The notes: generated from the sequence alone by a model not told the origin. A DNA stretch of 64,000 nt from Candidatus Omnitrophota bacterium (GCA_028865345.1 JAGWKL010000004.1:8457-72456), one strand, 5' to 3'; counted from the first letter of the stretch, positions 18,047 through 28,517 are shown. Numbers and translations are program-made.

Positions 18047-18293
18047 ACTCCCTCCTCTTTGCGATGGTTTCTCTTACCCTATAAAGAATGGATATATCCC
18101 TTGGTGCTGCTAAAACTTAAGGACTTCCGGAAAAATTGAGATGTCGACCCTTTCATCCCGATCTGGCAGTTCCTATGGTACAACAAACCTAAATCTTAGG
18201 CAACTTATTTGACACCCAATTCTAAACGAAGATAACAAAATGTCGATTAAGAAACCATGAAGCTGATATTAAAATAGCGGTTTCCGGAAGGAA

Positions 18294-19466
18294 CTAAGAC
18301 GCTTTTTGAAGCTCTCCGGCAACATGGGTGTTGAGCCCAAAAGCCTTGGTACGCCAGGAGGCCGCCATTTCATGTTTATATTTGGGCCAGCAATCAGCCC
18401 ACGTATGCCAGCCGGGTTTCACGGCAGGCCTGTTGACCCACGGGCTGTTGGGGTAATAACCGTAAATACCATCAGGGTGAAGGTAATTTTTGACGGCCTT
18501 GTACGTCCAGTAATTCCAGTGAAAGCCAAGATCATTAAAAACTTTCAGTTCGTCTCTCAAATAGACATGTTCATGGTAAAAACCCTGGCGGTAATTGACG
18601 CCGAATTCCCCCACATGCACAGGCCGGTTCCTTTTTCGGGCAAAATGCCAGTAACCTTCCATCCGCCGGCGGATGACATCCTTATCACAACCCTTCCACG
18701 GATATTTTAAAAACGGCACATAATTGAACGTAAATTCTATCGGTTCATAAAAGTGGATGCTGTAAACCCAGTTGTCGTCCTCAAAATCATCCAGCACATC
18801 GATTTGCTGGGCCCAACGGTTGCCTTCAATAAATAAAATATGGTTCTTGTCCGAGCGGCGGATGGCCTTGATGAGCTGAGAGTAAAATTCATTTAACAAC
18901 CCCGCATCGTCCAGGACGGCCTCGTTCAGGACATCATAACCCGCAACGGTCTCTTCATCTTTATAACGGTCGGCCAGCATCTGCCAAAGATCATAGGTTT
19001 TATGGCGATTGGACTTTTTTGTCCATAGCTCCGCAGGGCCCATGCTGTCGGAATGCCAGTCATGGTTTTGGGCGCCGTAAGCGGCGTGCAGATCCAGGAT
19101 CAAATAGACCTTGTGCTTCCGTCCCCAGGAAACGGCGCGGTCCAAATAGGCAAGGGTCTCCCTGTCTGCCGCAACTTTATAATGGAATGGGAGGCGTATG
19201 CAGTTCATCCCCCAGGAAGCCACCTGCCGGACATCCGCTTCGGTGATGAAATTTTCCCGAAAGGACTTCAGGAGTTTCTGTAACGCCCCGGGACCATGCC
19301 GCCGGACGAACTCCTTCTCAAAAACCTGCTGGGGCCAATTGGGTGAATACATGAAATACGCTTCCATCATCAACCATCCCCCGAAGTTGACCCCTCTCAA
19401 ACGCACCGGTTTGCCGTCGGCTGTAACGATGGAAGTTTTGTCTCTCTTTAAGAAGCCTGGCTTCAT
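18294..19466 (-). CDS. Glycoside hydrolase family 5
   Basis: LRGVNFGGWLMME, IRLPF, LDLH, acid/base NE in YDVLNE, HFY, nucleophile GEFG. Confidence 0.9.
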   Translation of the reverse strand: MKPGFLKRDKTSIVTADGKPVRLRGVNFGGWLMMEAYFMYSPNWPQQVFEKEFVRRHGPGALQKLLKSFRENFITEADVRQVASWGMNCIRLPFHYKVAADRETLAYLDRAVSWGRKHKVYLILDLHAAYGAQNHDWHSDSMGPAELWTKKSNRHKTYDLWQMLADRYKDEETVAGYDVLNEAVLDDAGLLNEFYSQLIKAIRRSDKNHILFIEGNRWAQQIDVLDDFEDDNWVYSIHFYEPIEFTFNYVPFLKYPWKGCDKDVIRRRMEGYWHFARKRNRPVHVGEFGVNYRQGFYHEHVYLRDELKVFNDLGFHWNYWTYKAVKNYLHPDGIYGYYPNSPWVNRPAVKPGWHTWADCWPKYKHEMAASWRTKAFGLNTHVAGELQKAS

Positions 19467-20281
19467 ATCAACTCCTTGCTTTTTAACAGGTGTATGAATT
19501 CCGCAGCGGCCGCCGGCTGGTCGACCAGGGAACTGTCATTATGCCCCCCGCGGATCTTTAAGAATTGTTTGGGCTCTCCCGCGGCCATAAACAATTTCTC
19601 GCCGACCCTGTAAGGCACCACCTCATCCTGGGGGCTGTGCATGAACAATTTAGGGACATTCAAATGTCTGACCTTGTCGATGGAATTGAATTTAAGGCGG
19701 ATGAAAAAAAGGGGAACGAAAGGATAATGGACCCGGGCCATGTCACGGGCGGAGGTAAAGGACGATTCCACGGCCAACAGGGCCGCTTTCCTGTGATTGG
19801 CCAGATCAATGACCACGGCCCCGCCCAATGATGCGCCATAGAAAATGACCTTGTCCATGTCCACATCACCGCGCGATTGAAGATAGTCAAAGGCCGCCTG
19901 TGCGTCCCAATAAATGCCCGCCTCCGAGGGCCTGCCTTCGCTTTTGCCGTAACCGCGGTAATCGAAGATGAACACATTCATTCCCAGATCGTAAAAAAAT
20001 TTTATTTTCAATACCCTGTCGCCGATATTGCCGGCATTGCCATGGGCGAAAAATAGCGTGGAGCGCGCCGCCGGGTTCTTAAAAAACCAGCCGTTGAGCA
20101 AAACGTTCCCGCGGGCGTTGAAATAAACATCTTCCCACGGCAGGCCCAGGCCCGAAGGGTCCGCCGTGATCTCACGGCCCGGAAAAAACACCCCGGCGGA
20201 CTCCAAATGACGCACCAGGACAAAAAACCCCGCCACCGCCAACGCCGCGATCATCAACAAATCAAGGCACAGAAAAAACAT
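19463..20281 (-). CDS. Alpha/beta hydrolase (BEM46/ABHD13-like)
   Basis: HGNAGN, DYRGYGKS, GASLGG nucleophile, DEVVP, GGHN. Confidence 0.9.
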   Translation of the reverse strand: MFFLCLDLLMIAALAVAGFFVLVRHLESAGVFFPGREITADPSGLGLPWEDVYFNARGNVLLNGWFFKNPAARSTLFFAHGNAGNIGDRVLKIKFFYDLGMNVFIFDYRGYGKSEGRPSEAGIYWDAQAAFDYLQSRGDVDMDKVIFYGASLGGAVVIDLANHRKAALLAVESSFTSARDMARVHYPFVPLFFIRLKFNSIDKVRHLNVPKLFMHSPQDEVVPYRVGEKLFMAAGEPKQFLKIRGGHNDSSLVDQPAAAAEFIHLLKSKELI

Positions 20282-20288
20282 GGATTTC

Positions 20289-20687
20289 TTAATTGCCTCG
20301 TTGAGGGACCAGGGACAACATCAGGCGGATGGCTTTCAAGATATCTTCGATCTGGCAAGGCTTGGCCAAATAATGGTCGGCTTGAAGGTCCACGCCTTTT
20401 CTAAAACTTTCCAGGTCGCCTTGGGCCGAAACAATGATGACCGGCTGCCAGCGCTTGACCGGAGGGTTTTGGCGCAGCCGGCTCAACACCGCCCATCCGT
20501 CCATTTTCGGCATGTTCAAATCCAGAATGATCACGTCCGGCAGCCCGCTGTTGATCTTGTTCCACGCATCTTCGCCGTCACGGGCGGCAATGACTTCGTA
20601 GCCCTGGGAGGCGATCTTGCGGGCCATGATCTCAACGGCCGCCTCTTCGTCATCAGCTATCAGTATTTTGATCACCGCAGGATTCAT
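20289..20687 (-). CDS. Single-domain response regulator
   Basis: ILIADDE, DLNMPKMDG, KP. Confidence 0.92.
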   Translation of the reverse strand: MNPAVIKILIADDEEAAVEIMARKIASQGYEVIAARDGEDAWNKINSGLPDVIILDLNMPKMDGWAVLSRLRQNPPVKRWQPVIIVSAQGDLESFRKGVDLQADHYLAKPCQIEDILKAIRLMLSLVPQRGN

Positions 20688-21157
20688 CTGGCCGACGAGT
20701 AATTTTTTAAATCGTAATGGATTGATTTTGGGGGCATGTCAATGCGGTCGATGGCAACAGAGGCCTTGCCGAAGAAATCAACGGCCATGGTATCGTGAAA
20801 ATCGGAAAACACCACCACCCTTTTGACCCCCGCCGTGATCAGGGCTTTGGCGCAGGTGGTGCAGGGCATGTTGGTCACATAAGCCGTGGCGCCTTCGACG
20901 GCATGGCCGCGCCTGGCGGCCTGGACGATGGCATTCATCTCGGCGTGCACCGTGCGGACACAGTGGTTGTCGACCAGCAGGCAGCCCACATCTTCGCAAT
21001 GCGCGTCCCCGGGAATGGAACCGTTGTAGCCGGTGGCGATGACGTTCTTGTTCTTGACAAGCACCGCGCCGCAATGCATGCGCGGACAGGTGGCGCGTTC
21101 AGAGGCGAGCATCGCCAATTTCATGAAATACTCATCCCAATCAGGTCTTTTGGCCAT
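20684..21157 (-). CDS. dCMP deaminase family (ComEB-like)
   Basis: RPDWDEYFM, TGYNG, HAE, PCxxC. Confidence 0.92.
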   Translation of the reverse strand: MAKRPDWDEYFMKLAMLASERATCPRMHCGAVLVKNKNVIATGYNGSIPGDAHCEDVGCLLVDNHCVRTVHAEMNAIVQAARRGHAVEGATAYVTNMPCTTCAKALITAGVKRVVVFSDFHDTMAVDFFGKASVAIDRIDMPPKSIHYDLKNYSSAR

Positions 21158-21178
21158 AATATTCATCTTAACAAATTC

Positions 21179-22348
21179 TTATATTTTACCAAGTCTTTTC
21201 ATGATACAGGCAACTGCCTCTTGAAAAACAGCCGGCTCAGGCAAAAGGCTTAAAACGATAAAAGCTTCGCCGGTAAAATCAAAGAAATATCCCGGGTGGA
21301 CCAACACATGGTCTTCTTTCAGGAATTCCAGCACCCACTCCTCTTCTGATTTCACCGCGGGAATGCGCAAGGTGGCATACCATCCGCCCTGCAAGGAAAG
21401 CAACTGCGTATTTTTATTTAAATGGGCCGACAGCCACTTGTGGTTTTCCCTGACCCTGGCCATGATCTGTCCCTGGATGGCGGAAGCCTGGGCCAGCCAG
21501 GGGCTTAAGGCATTCTGCACCGGCGTATTGACGGATAAATACGTGTCCGCGATGATCTCAAGGCGCGCAAAGGCTTCCAGCAAGGCGGCTTCGGGGCCTG
21601 AGCCCAAGATCCAGGAACATTTCATCTGCGGCAGCCCCAGGGTCTTTGACAGCCCCCCCAGCACAAAGGTCAAAACAGGCTGGTTGCCGATACAACTGAC
21701 CGCACCCGCCGGCTGCAAGGCATATTCGAAGAAAACTTCGTCGGAAATAATGCTCAATTGGTGTGTGCGGCAAATATCATTTAAGGCGTTTAATTCATCG
21801 TGGTTGATATAGGATCCCGTGGGATTGTTGGGATTGACTAAAACGACGGCGCGGGTTCGGTCATCGATCAGACGCTTCAGGCCCTGCATATCCACGTGCC
21901 ATTGCCCGTCGTAATTAAGGGGGTAATAATCAAAATGGATGTCATTAAGCTCCAGCAAAAATTGGAACAACGGATAACTGGGCTGAGGAATGAGGATTTT
22001 CTCAGCCGGATCGGCCAACAACCTCATTAAGAACGAGTAGGCCTCGGAGGTGCCGGCGGTCAAAATGATATGGTCGACGGATACGGGCAGATTCTGGCGG
22101 GCATAATACGCGGCCAGGGCCTGGCGGGCCTCCGCCATGCCGCAGGCATCAGGCCGGTATCGGAGATTTTCCGGCGAGTTTAAGGCCGTCAGAAGCCCTT
22201 CAGGGTAAACGAAGCCGCAGCCCGTCGGATTGGAAGCCGTGAGGTCCAGCACACGGGCTTCACGGGCTCTAAGCTGATCCAGGATCCTGTCCAGGGCGTT
22301 GGTTTCCCGCGGCCAAGCGGTCCGGCGGGAAAATTTATATTTGTCCAT
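21179..22348 (-). CDS. PLP-dependent aminotransferase class I/II
   Basis: NPNNPTG, DEVF, GLSK. Confidence 0.92.
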   Translation of the reverse strand: MDKYKFSRRTAWPRETNALDRILDQLRAREARVLDLTASNPTGCGFVYPEGLLTALNSPENLRYRPDACGMAEARQALAAYYARQNLPVSVDHIILTAGTSEAYSFLMRLLADPAEKILIPQPSYPLFQFLLELNDIHFDYYPLNYDGQWHVDMQGLKRLIDDRTRAVVLVNPNNPTGSYINHDELNALNDICRTHQLSIISDEVFFEYALQPAGAVSCIGNQPVLTFVLGGLSKTLGLPQMKCSWILGSGPEAALLEAFARLEIIADTYLSVNTPVQNALSPWLAQASAIQGQIMARVRENHKWLSAHLNKNTQLLSLQGGWYATLRIPAVKSEEEWVLEFLKEDHVLVHPGYFFDFTGEAFIVLSLLPEPAVFQEAVACIMKRLGKI

Positions 22349-23033
22349 GGGCCTGTTTAAGACGGGTCAATTCCTGCTCTTTGGCGGCAAAAGCCTTCTT
22401 TAATTCATCGAATTCGCTTTTGGCCACCCACTGAATGTCTTCGCGCTTTTCTTTCAGTTGGACGCATTGGGCCTTTAAGGTGCGGATTTCCCCGGCGTTG
22501 GCTTGAAGGGTGGTCTGTTGGCTGGTGACCTTGACGGATAACTGGCGCTTTTCTTCGATGATCTGCTCGTGTTTGATCTTAATCTCCTGCAATTCACGCT
22601 CCAGGCGAAGGCGATGGGAATGTTCTTTTTCCAGATCGCCCTCCGTGCGGAAAATCTGGTCTTTTAAATCTTTTTCATGCCGCTTGGATTTCTCCAGGGT
22701 GTCCTGCTCCTTTTCACGCCAGCTTTTTTCCAGCGCCAATTTTTCGGTCAGGTCCTTGACCTGGGCCTTTTGTTCATCAACAGCCTTCTGAAAGCCGCGC
22801 TGGTCCATTTTCATCTTTTCAATTTCCCCCTGCAGGGATTGGTTATGCCGCTCCCAGCGCTCGGCAATGGATTTCCAGTCCCTGGTTTCGGTTGCGGGAC
22901 CGGGCGCCGGCACAGGCCTTCTTTCTTTTTCCTTTTTCTTCTTGGGTCTGACGGCAGGGTCCGCCGGCAACAGGTAAATGACAAGGCCCAAGACCACTAA
23001 AACCACAAAACACCAAATCATGATCCAGAACAT
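22335..23033 (-). CDS. Membrane-anchored coiled-coil protein
   Basis: N-terminal TM followed by a long E/K/Q-rich heptad region. Confidence 0.75.
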   Translation of the reverse strand: MFWIMIWCFVVLVVLGLVIYLLPADPAVRPKKKKEKERRPVPAPGPATETRDWKSIAERWERHNQSLQGEIEKMKMDQRGFQKAVDEQKAQVKDLTEKLALEKSWREKEQDTLEKSKRHEKDLKDQIFRTEGDLEKEHSHRLRLERELQEIKIKHEQIIEEKRQLSVKVTSQQTTLQANAGEIRTLKAQCVQLKEKREDIQWVAKSEFDELKKAFAAKEQELTRLKQAHGQI

Positions 23034-23077
23034 AAGATTCCTTTGGGATAATATGATGCATCAAAATACCACAGAAC

Positions 23078-24481
23078 TCAATGAAAGGCAAAAGTGTTTG
23101 AAATAGCGCCCCGCCCCAAGACCCGTTCATTTTGGGACCAATCCGATGAAATGTGTTTAAGATAGCGCAGATAAAAATCTTTCGCCGGTTTACTTTTCGC
23201 TTTCCGGGCATACGCGCTGAAGATCGCATAGGCCCTTTTAAAATGCCCCTGTGCCAGCTGCGGCCGGCCGTCGGCATAATACGCCTTGGCCAAAAGCCAA
23301 TGCCCGCGCCCGAAATTGGGTTCAAATTGGAGCGTGCGTTCGAACAAAGCCGTTTCACTGCGCCAAAACGTATTTTGATGCCAGGTCAACAAAAGGCAGG
23401 TGATGATGACAAGGCCCGCCAACGGCCTGGCCGAAGATTTCAGAAAATGGTCGCCGGCCGCCACGGCGATGATCAAAATACCGACGATGGGCAAGTATAA
23501 GAAATGTTCGGGGGTCAATATGAACGAATACTCGTTGACCAGGGGGACGATGTTTAAGACCGGGAGTAACGCGGCCAGGAACCATCCCAATCCCAGAAAC
23601 AGCGTTCCTCTGGCCGCAGGCCAACGTTTGCAGACATAAAGAATAGCCAAGAGCGCCATGAACAAAACCGTCCAGGCTAAGCCATCGGGCTGCAGAATAT
23701 CCGTGCTGCGGTAATAATGAAGGCCGTAAGGGAAAAATATCAGCCGCACGTACATCCCTATGTCCCTTGGGATCGCGGCCAGGCGCAAACACAATTCACC
23801 GGGGGAGGCCATGATGGCGCCCAGAAGTGACGCCCCGGTCACGATACGGCGCCCGATGAGCAAGGCGCCGGCAGCCAGGGCAAAAAGGCCCCAGGCGCGA
23901 AAATCCTTCCGCCCGCGCCAGCAGTCAATGACCACGACAAGGGGCACAAACAGCAACGCCTGTTCCTTGCCCAAACATGCCGTCACAAAACATAATAAAG
24001 CGGCCGCATACCATTTGTTAAGATACGCATGGAGCGCCAATAAAACACCCATGGCCATCCAAAGATTGGAGATTCCGGAAATGCAGCTGACCGCCTCGGT
24101 CTGCACCGGATGGACCAGGAAAATACAGGCCACCACCCAAGCCGCCCCCCTCTTGAAGCCCAATTTTTCCAGAAGTCCGAAAAGCAAAAGGCCGTTGACC
24201 GTGTGCACGATCACATTCAGCAGATGAAAACCAAAAGCATGGGGGCCGAAAAGGCGGTATTCAAGGCGGTACAGGACCTCTAATAACGGGCGGTAATAGG
24301 TGTTAAGTCCGGCCGCGACCTTGGGCGCCTGAAAAGCCCCGTACCAATGCCCGAGGTCCGCGATGTGCGGGTTACGGAGGATAAAAATGACGTCGTCATG
24401 GACGAAAGGATGCCGCAGGGCGTTACAAAAGGCAAGCAATCCGAAGAAAAACAGCGACAAAAAGCAACCGGCAGTACTCAT
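23078..24481 (-). CDS. TMTC-like GT-C glycosyltransferase with C-terminal TPR
   Basis: FVHDD...NP, YYRPL, FHLLN..H, HPVQTEAV, KEQA, EHFLYLP; start moved to ATG 24481. Confidence 0.8.
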   Translation of the reverse strand: MSTAGCFLSLFFFGLLAFCNALRHPFVHDDVIFILRNPHIADLGHWYGAFQAPKVAAGLNTYYRPLLEVLYRLEYRLFGPHAFGFHLLNVIVHTVNGLLLFGLLEKLGFKRGAAWVVACIFLVHPVQTEAVSCISGISNLWMAMGVLLALHAYLNKWYAAALLCFVTACLGKEQALLFVPLVVVIDCWRGRKDFRAWGLFALAAGALLIGRRIVTGASLLGAIMASPGELCLRLAAIPRDIGMYVRLIFFPYGLHYYRSTDILQPDGLAWTVLFMALLAILYVCKRWPAARGTLFLGLGWFLAALLPVLNIVPLVNEYSFILTPEHFLYLPIVGILIIAVAAGDHFLKSSARPLAGLVIITCLLLTWHQNTFWRSETALFERTLQFEPNFGRGHWLLAKAYYADGRPQLAQGHFKRAYAIFSAYARKAKSKPAKDFYLRYLKHISSDWSQNERVLGRGAISNTFAFH

Positions 24482-24494
24482 GGGCCGCTTAGCC

Positions 24495-24848
24495 TCAGAC
24501 CCCCAAGTCCTTTTTAAAACGGGCGGAAAAAGATTTGATCTCTTCAAAATACCCATCGATGGATGAAGCCACCCCTTGCATGCCGTCGGTCTTATTTTCC
24601 TTGGCCAGGGTCTCCAATTGAAGGCAGGCGGCATACATGGGCTTGGCGGAAATGTTCCCGGAGGCCCCCTTCATGGAATGGGCGACCTCCTTGATCTTGG
24701 CGATATCTTGGGCAGCGATGGCTTCTCCCAGGGCTTTGCGTTTGATCACAAAATCTTCAATATAAATGTCAAGAAGTTCATTCAGCAATTCCTTGTCGTC
24801 CTGCACGCGTTCCAATACGTCCTTTAGATCAATGATCTCTTCACTCAT
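24495..24848 (-). CDS. Hpt phosphotransfer protein
   Basis: AHSMKGAS.NI motif. Confidence 0.92.
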   Translation of the reverse strand: MSEEIIDLKDVLERVQDDKELLNELLDIYIEDFVIKRKALGEAIAAQDIAKIKEVAHSMKGASGNISAKPMYAACLQLETLAKENKTDGMQGVASSIDGYFEEIKSFSARFKKDLGV

Positions 24849-24894
24849 ATAGACCTTTCATTAATTTTTCCCGCCCGGTACGGCGGGAACCATA

Positions 24895-26880
24895 TTAATC
24901 CTTCAATCTCCGGGTGACCAGATTGACGATCTCCTCATACAGCAATTGACGGTCGATGGGTTTGGACACGTACCCGTCCATCCCCGCGCCCAGGTATTTT
25001 TCCCTGTCCCCGGCCATGGCGTTGGCCGTCATGGCGATCACCGGCACGTGCAGGCCTGTCTGTTTTTCTTCCCGGCGGATGACCGCCACGGTCTCGACAC
25101 CTCCCAAGACCGGCATGCTGTCATCCATCAGGATCACATCGAAAGTCTGATCGTTCAAAATATTCAATGCCTCCTGGCCGTTGGCGACGGCGGTCACCTG
25201 CCATCCCAATTTCTCCAGGATCTTGATGGCAATGCGTTGGTTGACCATATTGTCTTCCGCCAACAAAATACGCAAATGGTGCAGTTCCGGCGGAAGCGAA
25301 GAGCCTGCAGGCTGGTCGCCTGCTTTTTGCTCACCGGCGCCATGGCCGAACACATCAGCTTTATACCCGAAAATGATGTTAAATCGAAATGTGCTGCCTT
25401 CGCCTTCCTTACTGTCGACCTCAATGGACCCCCGCATCATCTCCACGATCTTTTTACAGATGGCCAACCCCAGGCCGGTGCCTCCATAACGCCTGGCCGT
25501 GGTATTATGCGCGTCGGTAAACACATCGAAAATATGGGGCAAATTCTTGGGCGAAATGCCGATGCCGTTATCAATGACCTCGAAGGCCAGCTCGCAATCT
25601 TTTTCTCCCTGCGATTTTACCTTGACATTGACGGTCACCTTGCCTTTATGGGTGAACTTGACGGCATTGTTGACCAAATTCACAAGGACCTGGCGGAGTC
25701 TGACGGGATCGCCGATCAAGAGCCTCGGCGTGGCCGGGTCGATGGACCAGACAACATCGATCCCTTTGTTCCTGGCCAGGACCATCAACCCCTTACATAC
25801 ATTCTTGACGATGTCAGGCACATTGATCTCGATTTCTTCAACCACCACCTTTCCCGCCTGGGCGCGGGAAAGATCAAGGATGTCATTGATGAGGGAGAGC
25901 AAGTTGTCGGCTGCATCCTTAGCCACCTTCAAATTATCTATTTGTTCCTCATTCAAAGAGGTGTCGAGCGTCAGGTCGATCATGCCGATAATGGCATTCA
26001 TGGGCGTGCGCACTTCGTGCGACATCTTGGCCAGAAAAACGCTTTTGGCATTATTGGCCTCTTCCGCGGCGAGCTTCGCCTGCACGATCAATTCTTTGGC
26101 ACGCTTTTGCTCGGTAATGTCCTGCAGCATCCCCACGGAACCGACAATGTTGCCCTGCTCATCCTTAAGGATGTTGACCGACAAATCCACATCGATGATG
26201 GTGCCGTCTTTGCGCATGGCCCTGGTTTCCAAATGGTGTTTAAAGCCGCTTTGGCGTATGTTCAACGAACGAATGGCTTTCCATTCCTCAGGCGGGTACA
26301 AGGTGTTGACGGGTCTCAACAGCAGGTCCTTGACGCCCATGCCGAAAAGCTGCTCGGCAAATTTGTTCCAGGAAACGATCCGCTCCTTTTCGTCCGTCAT
26401 GGTGATGGCCGCGGCGGAGTTGTCCAAAATGATCCTCAATTTATTCTCCGACTCACGCATCTGGTGCTCGGCCAATTTTTCGCGCGTAATATCATACAAA
26501 ATGCCGATAGACCCGACCACCCGGCCGCTTTTGTCTTTTAAAACGGAAATGGAGGCGCTGACATCCAGCAGGGACCCGTCCTTACAGATGACCTTGGTGT
26601 CGATGTTGGAAAGCATACCGTGATGGCGGATGTTCAACGAACGAAACCGCTTCCATTCCTTGGGAGGGTACAGGATGCTGACAGGCTGGTTGAATAAATC
26701 CGCCCTGCTCATGCCCAGCATCTTCTCGGCCATGGGGTTCCAGGCCACAATACGCTCCTTGCTGTCGGTCACGGTGATGGCGGAGGGGGAATTGTCAAAA
26801 ACAATCTTAAAAAGCTGTTTGGACTCGATTAAATCCTGCTCAATTTGCTGCTCGATCTTGAAATCCCTGGATTTTTTCAT
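24895..26880 (-). CDS. Hybrid sensor kinase (PAS-PAS-HisKA-HATPase-REC)
   Basis: Two PAS repeats, SHEVRTPMN, NAVKFT, GTGLGL, receiver LLAEDN...KP. Confidence 0.95.
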   Translation of the reverse strand: MKKSRDFKIEQQIEQDLIESKQLFKIVFDNSPSAITVTDSKERIVAWNPMAEKMLGMSRADLFNQPVSILYPPKEWKRFRSLNIRHHGMLSNIDTKVICKDGSLLDVSASISVLKDKSGRVVGSIGILYDITREKLAEHQMRESENKLRIILDNSAAAITMTDEKERIVSWNKFAEQLFGMGVKDLLLRPVNTLYPPEEWKAIRSLNIRQSGFKHHLETRAMRKDGTIIDVDLSVNILKDEQGNIVGSVGMLQDITEQKRAKELIVQAKLAAEEANNAKSVFLAKMSHEVRTPMNAIIGMIDLTLDTSLNEEQIDNLKVAKDAADNLLSLINDILDLSRAQAGKVVVEEIEINVPDIVKNVCKGLMVLARNKGIDVVWSIDPATPRLLIGDPVRLRQVLVNLVNNAVKFTHKGKVTVNVKVKSQGEKDCELAFEVIDNGIGISPKNLPHIFDVFTDAHNTTARRYGGTGLGLAICKKIVEMMRGSIEVDSKEGEGSTFRFNIIFGYKADVFGHGAGEQKAGDQPAGSSLPPELHHLRILLAEDNMVNQRIAIKILEKLGWQVTAVANGQEALNILNDQTFDVILMDDSMPVLGGVETVAVIRREEKQTGLHVPVIAMTANAMAGDREKYLGAGMDGYVSKPIDRQLLYEEIVNLVTRRLKD

Positions 26881-27176
26881 ATTTTATTCTTGGTAAATTG
26901 GACATTTTTGGCGATCGCAAAGACGGTGAAAACCCCTATGATCGAAGCCAAAAAGAAGAGACAGATCTTGAACACATGCACCCATCCCGCATGAAATCCG
27001 GCGGGTTTAATGGCATGCATAGCCAGAAAAACCAAAAAAACGATGGGAAGAAGGACAAAGCCGCAGATAAGGAAAACAAAAAGAGAGAACAGGCAGGCGA
27101 TCAAAATGACACAAAGATTGTAGCCCAATAAAGACTTCTTGGACATTTTGCTGGCAGCAATTCCGATACGGCGCAT
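26877..27176 (-). CDS. Small membrane protein
   Basis: Two to three hydrophobic segments; ATGA overlap with the kinase gene. Confidence 0.7.
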   Translation of the reverse strand: MRRIGIAASKMSKKSLLGYNLCVILIACLFSLFVFLICGFVLLPIVFLVFLAMHAIKPAGFHAGWVHVFKICLFFLASIIGVFTVFAIAKNVQFTKNKI

Positions 27177-27217
27177 GGCTATTATCCTACCACTTAAAAT
27201 TTAGAGCGCCAACTATA

Positions 27218-27826
27218 TTATCTCTCAAATTTTACCACATTCTGCCACCAGGCGTGGCTGTCCCAGGACCTGGCCCGTCGCCATAACCGCCTGGCAGTCA
27301 TCGTCTTAAGATAATCGGGCGCACGCTTGAAAAAGGTCCTGGCCGCCGGATAACCGTTATCCACATATTCCTTAGCCTGGATAAGACACTCTAAAATATC
27401 CGCATCCCGGGCCACGATGCTCTCGCGTGAGAGCTGACGGTCATAATCCTGCCGCATGGCCTGTAAAGCATTTTTAAGCTTCTTATCCAAATGGGAGATC
27501 TGGTCGGCAAAGGCCTTCTGTTCCGCATGGCGGAAATCGATGTAACGATGCCCCATTTTATGGAGATCATTGATGCGCGCCTCATGGATATCGTTAAAAA
27601 GCGTCATGGTCACGACCTTGAAGCAATCGGCCTTCTCGCCATGGGCGATGCAGTAGCCGATGACCGCGCAGCGGAAGCAATGTTCTGCCACGGTCTCAGG
27701 GTTTTCGATGCCGGCCACCCACCAGCCGCTTCGCTTCACGCGTTTTAAAAGCCCGGCCTCGGCGAAAAAATTAAGAATTGCCGTTTCGGGAAGGATTTTC
27801 TTATCTTTTCTGGCGGATGATTTCAT
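27218..27826 (-). CDS. HD-domain phosphohydrolase (YfbR/HDDC2-like)
   Basis: LK.V.RSGW, ETVAEH, DADILE; HD motif appears as ND. Confidence 0.85.
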   Translation of the reverse strand: MKSSARKDKKILPETAILNFFAEAGLLKRVKRSGWWVAGIENPETVAEHCFRCAVIGYCIAHGEKADCFKVVTMTLFNDIHEARINDLHKMGHRYIDFRHAEQKAFADQISHLDKKLKNALQAMRQDYDRQLSRESIVARDADILECLIQAKEYVDNGYPAARTFFKRAPDYLKTMTARRLWRRARSWDSHAWWQNVVKFER

Positions 27827-28517
27827 AGCACACCATGGACGTCGCGTGCGCGACATTTAAAGACATGCGTTGATTTTTCATGGGGACCATCACCTGCATA
27901 TCTAATTTTTTAAGGATGATGTCCCGCAATCCCTTTTCCTCGGAACCCATGACCAGCCCCAAAGGAAACTGCAATCCGGTCCCTGTAAGGCTGCCGGCGC
28001 CTTCGACAACGGTCCCCAGGATCCAGAACCCCATTTTCTTGGCTTTCTCAATGGCATTACCCAAATTAGCCACCCTGGCCACACTCAAATAATTCTCGCC
28101 GCCGCAGGCCACCCTTAACACCGATTCGGTGACGCCGACCGATTCCGTAGTAGGCAGGACAATGTCGAAACCGCCCAGGGCCCCGCAGGTGCGGATGATG
28201 CCGCCCAGGTTTTGCGGGTCGTTGAGCTTGTCCAGGAAAACCGGTGTGCGCTTTTTATCAAGCGCCTGTTGGAGCAGTTCATCAATGGACATGTAGACAA
28301 ATTCGCCGATCTCCGCCAGAATGCCCTGGGTGTTCAAATTTTGGGCCATACGCTGGATCTTGGAATGCGGCACCGTCGCTACACTGATCCCCCATTGATG
28401 GCATTTCTTGCGGACATAGGTCAAGTCCGCATGGCACTCATCGATCATGAGGCGCTGGATGGATTTCGGATTGGCCTTGAGCCGTTCGATGACCGGATTT
28501 TTGCCGTACAGTTTCAT
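27801..28517 (-). CDS. rlmB: TrmH/SpoU RNA 2'-O-methyltransferase (RlmB-like)
   Basis: YGKNPV.E, DPQNLG.IIR, GSEEKGL, SLNVA. Confidence 0.88.
   Translation of the reverse strand: MKLYGKNPVIERLKANPKSIQRLMIDECHADLTYVRKKCHQWGISVATVPHSKIQRMAQNLNTQGILAEIGEFVYMSIDELLQQALDKKRTPVFLDKLNDPQNLGGIIRTCGALGGFDIVLPTTESVGVTESVLRVACGGENYLSVARVANLGNAIEKAKKMGFWILGTVVEGAGSLTGTGLQFPLGLVMGSEEKGLRDIILKKLDMQVMVPMKNQRMSLNVAHATSMVCYEIIRQKR

Noticed and set aside
24946-26623. Long plus-strand ORFs (531 and 374 aa)
   Set aside because: Antisense shadows of the hybrid kinase, with no recognisable motifs
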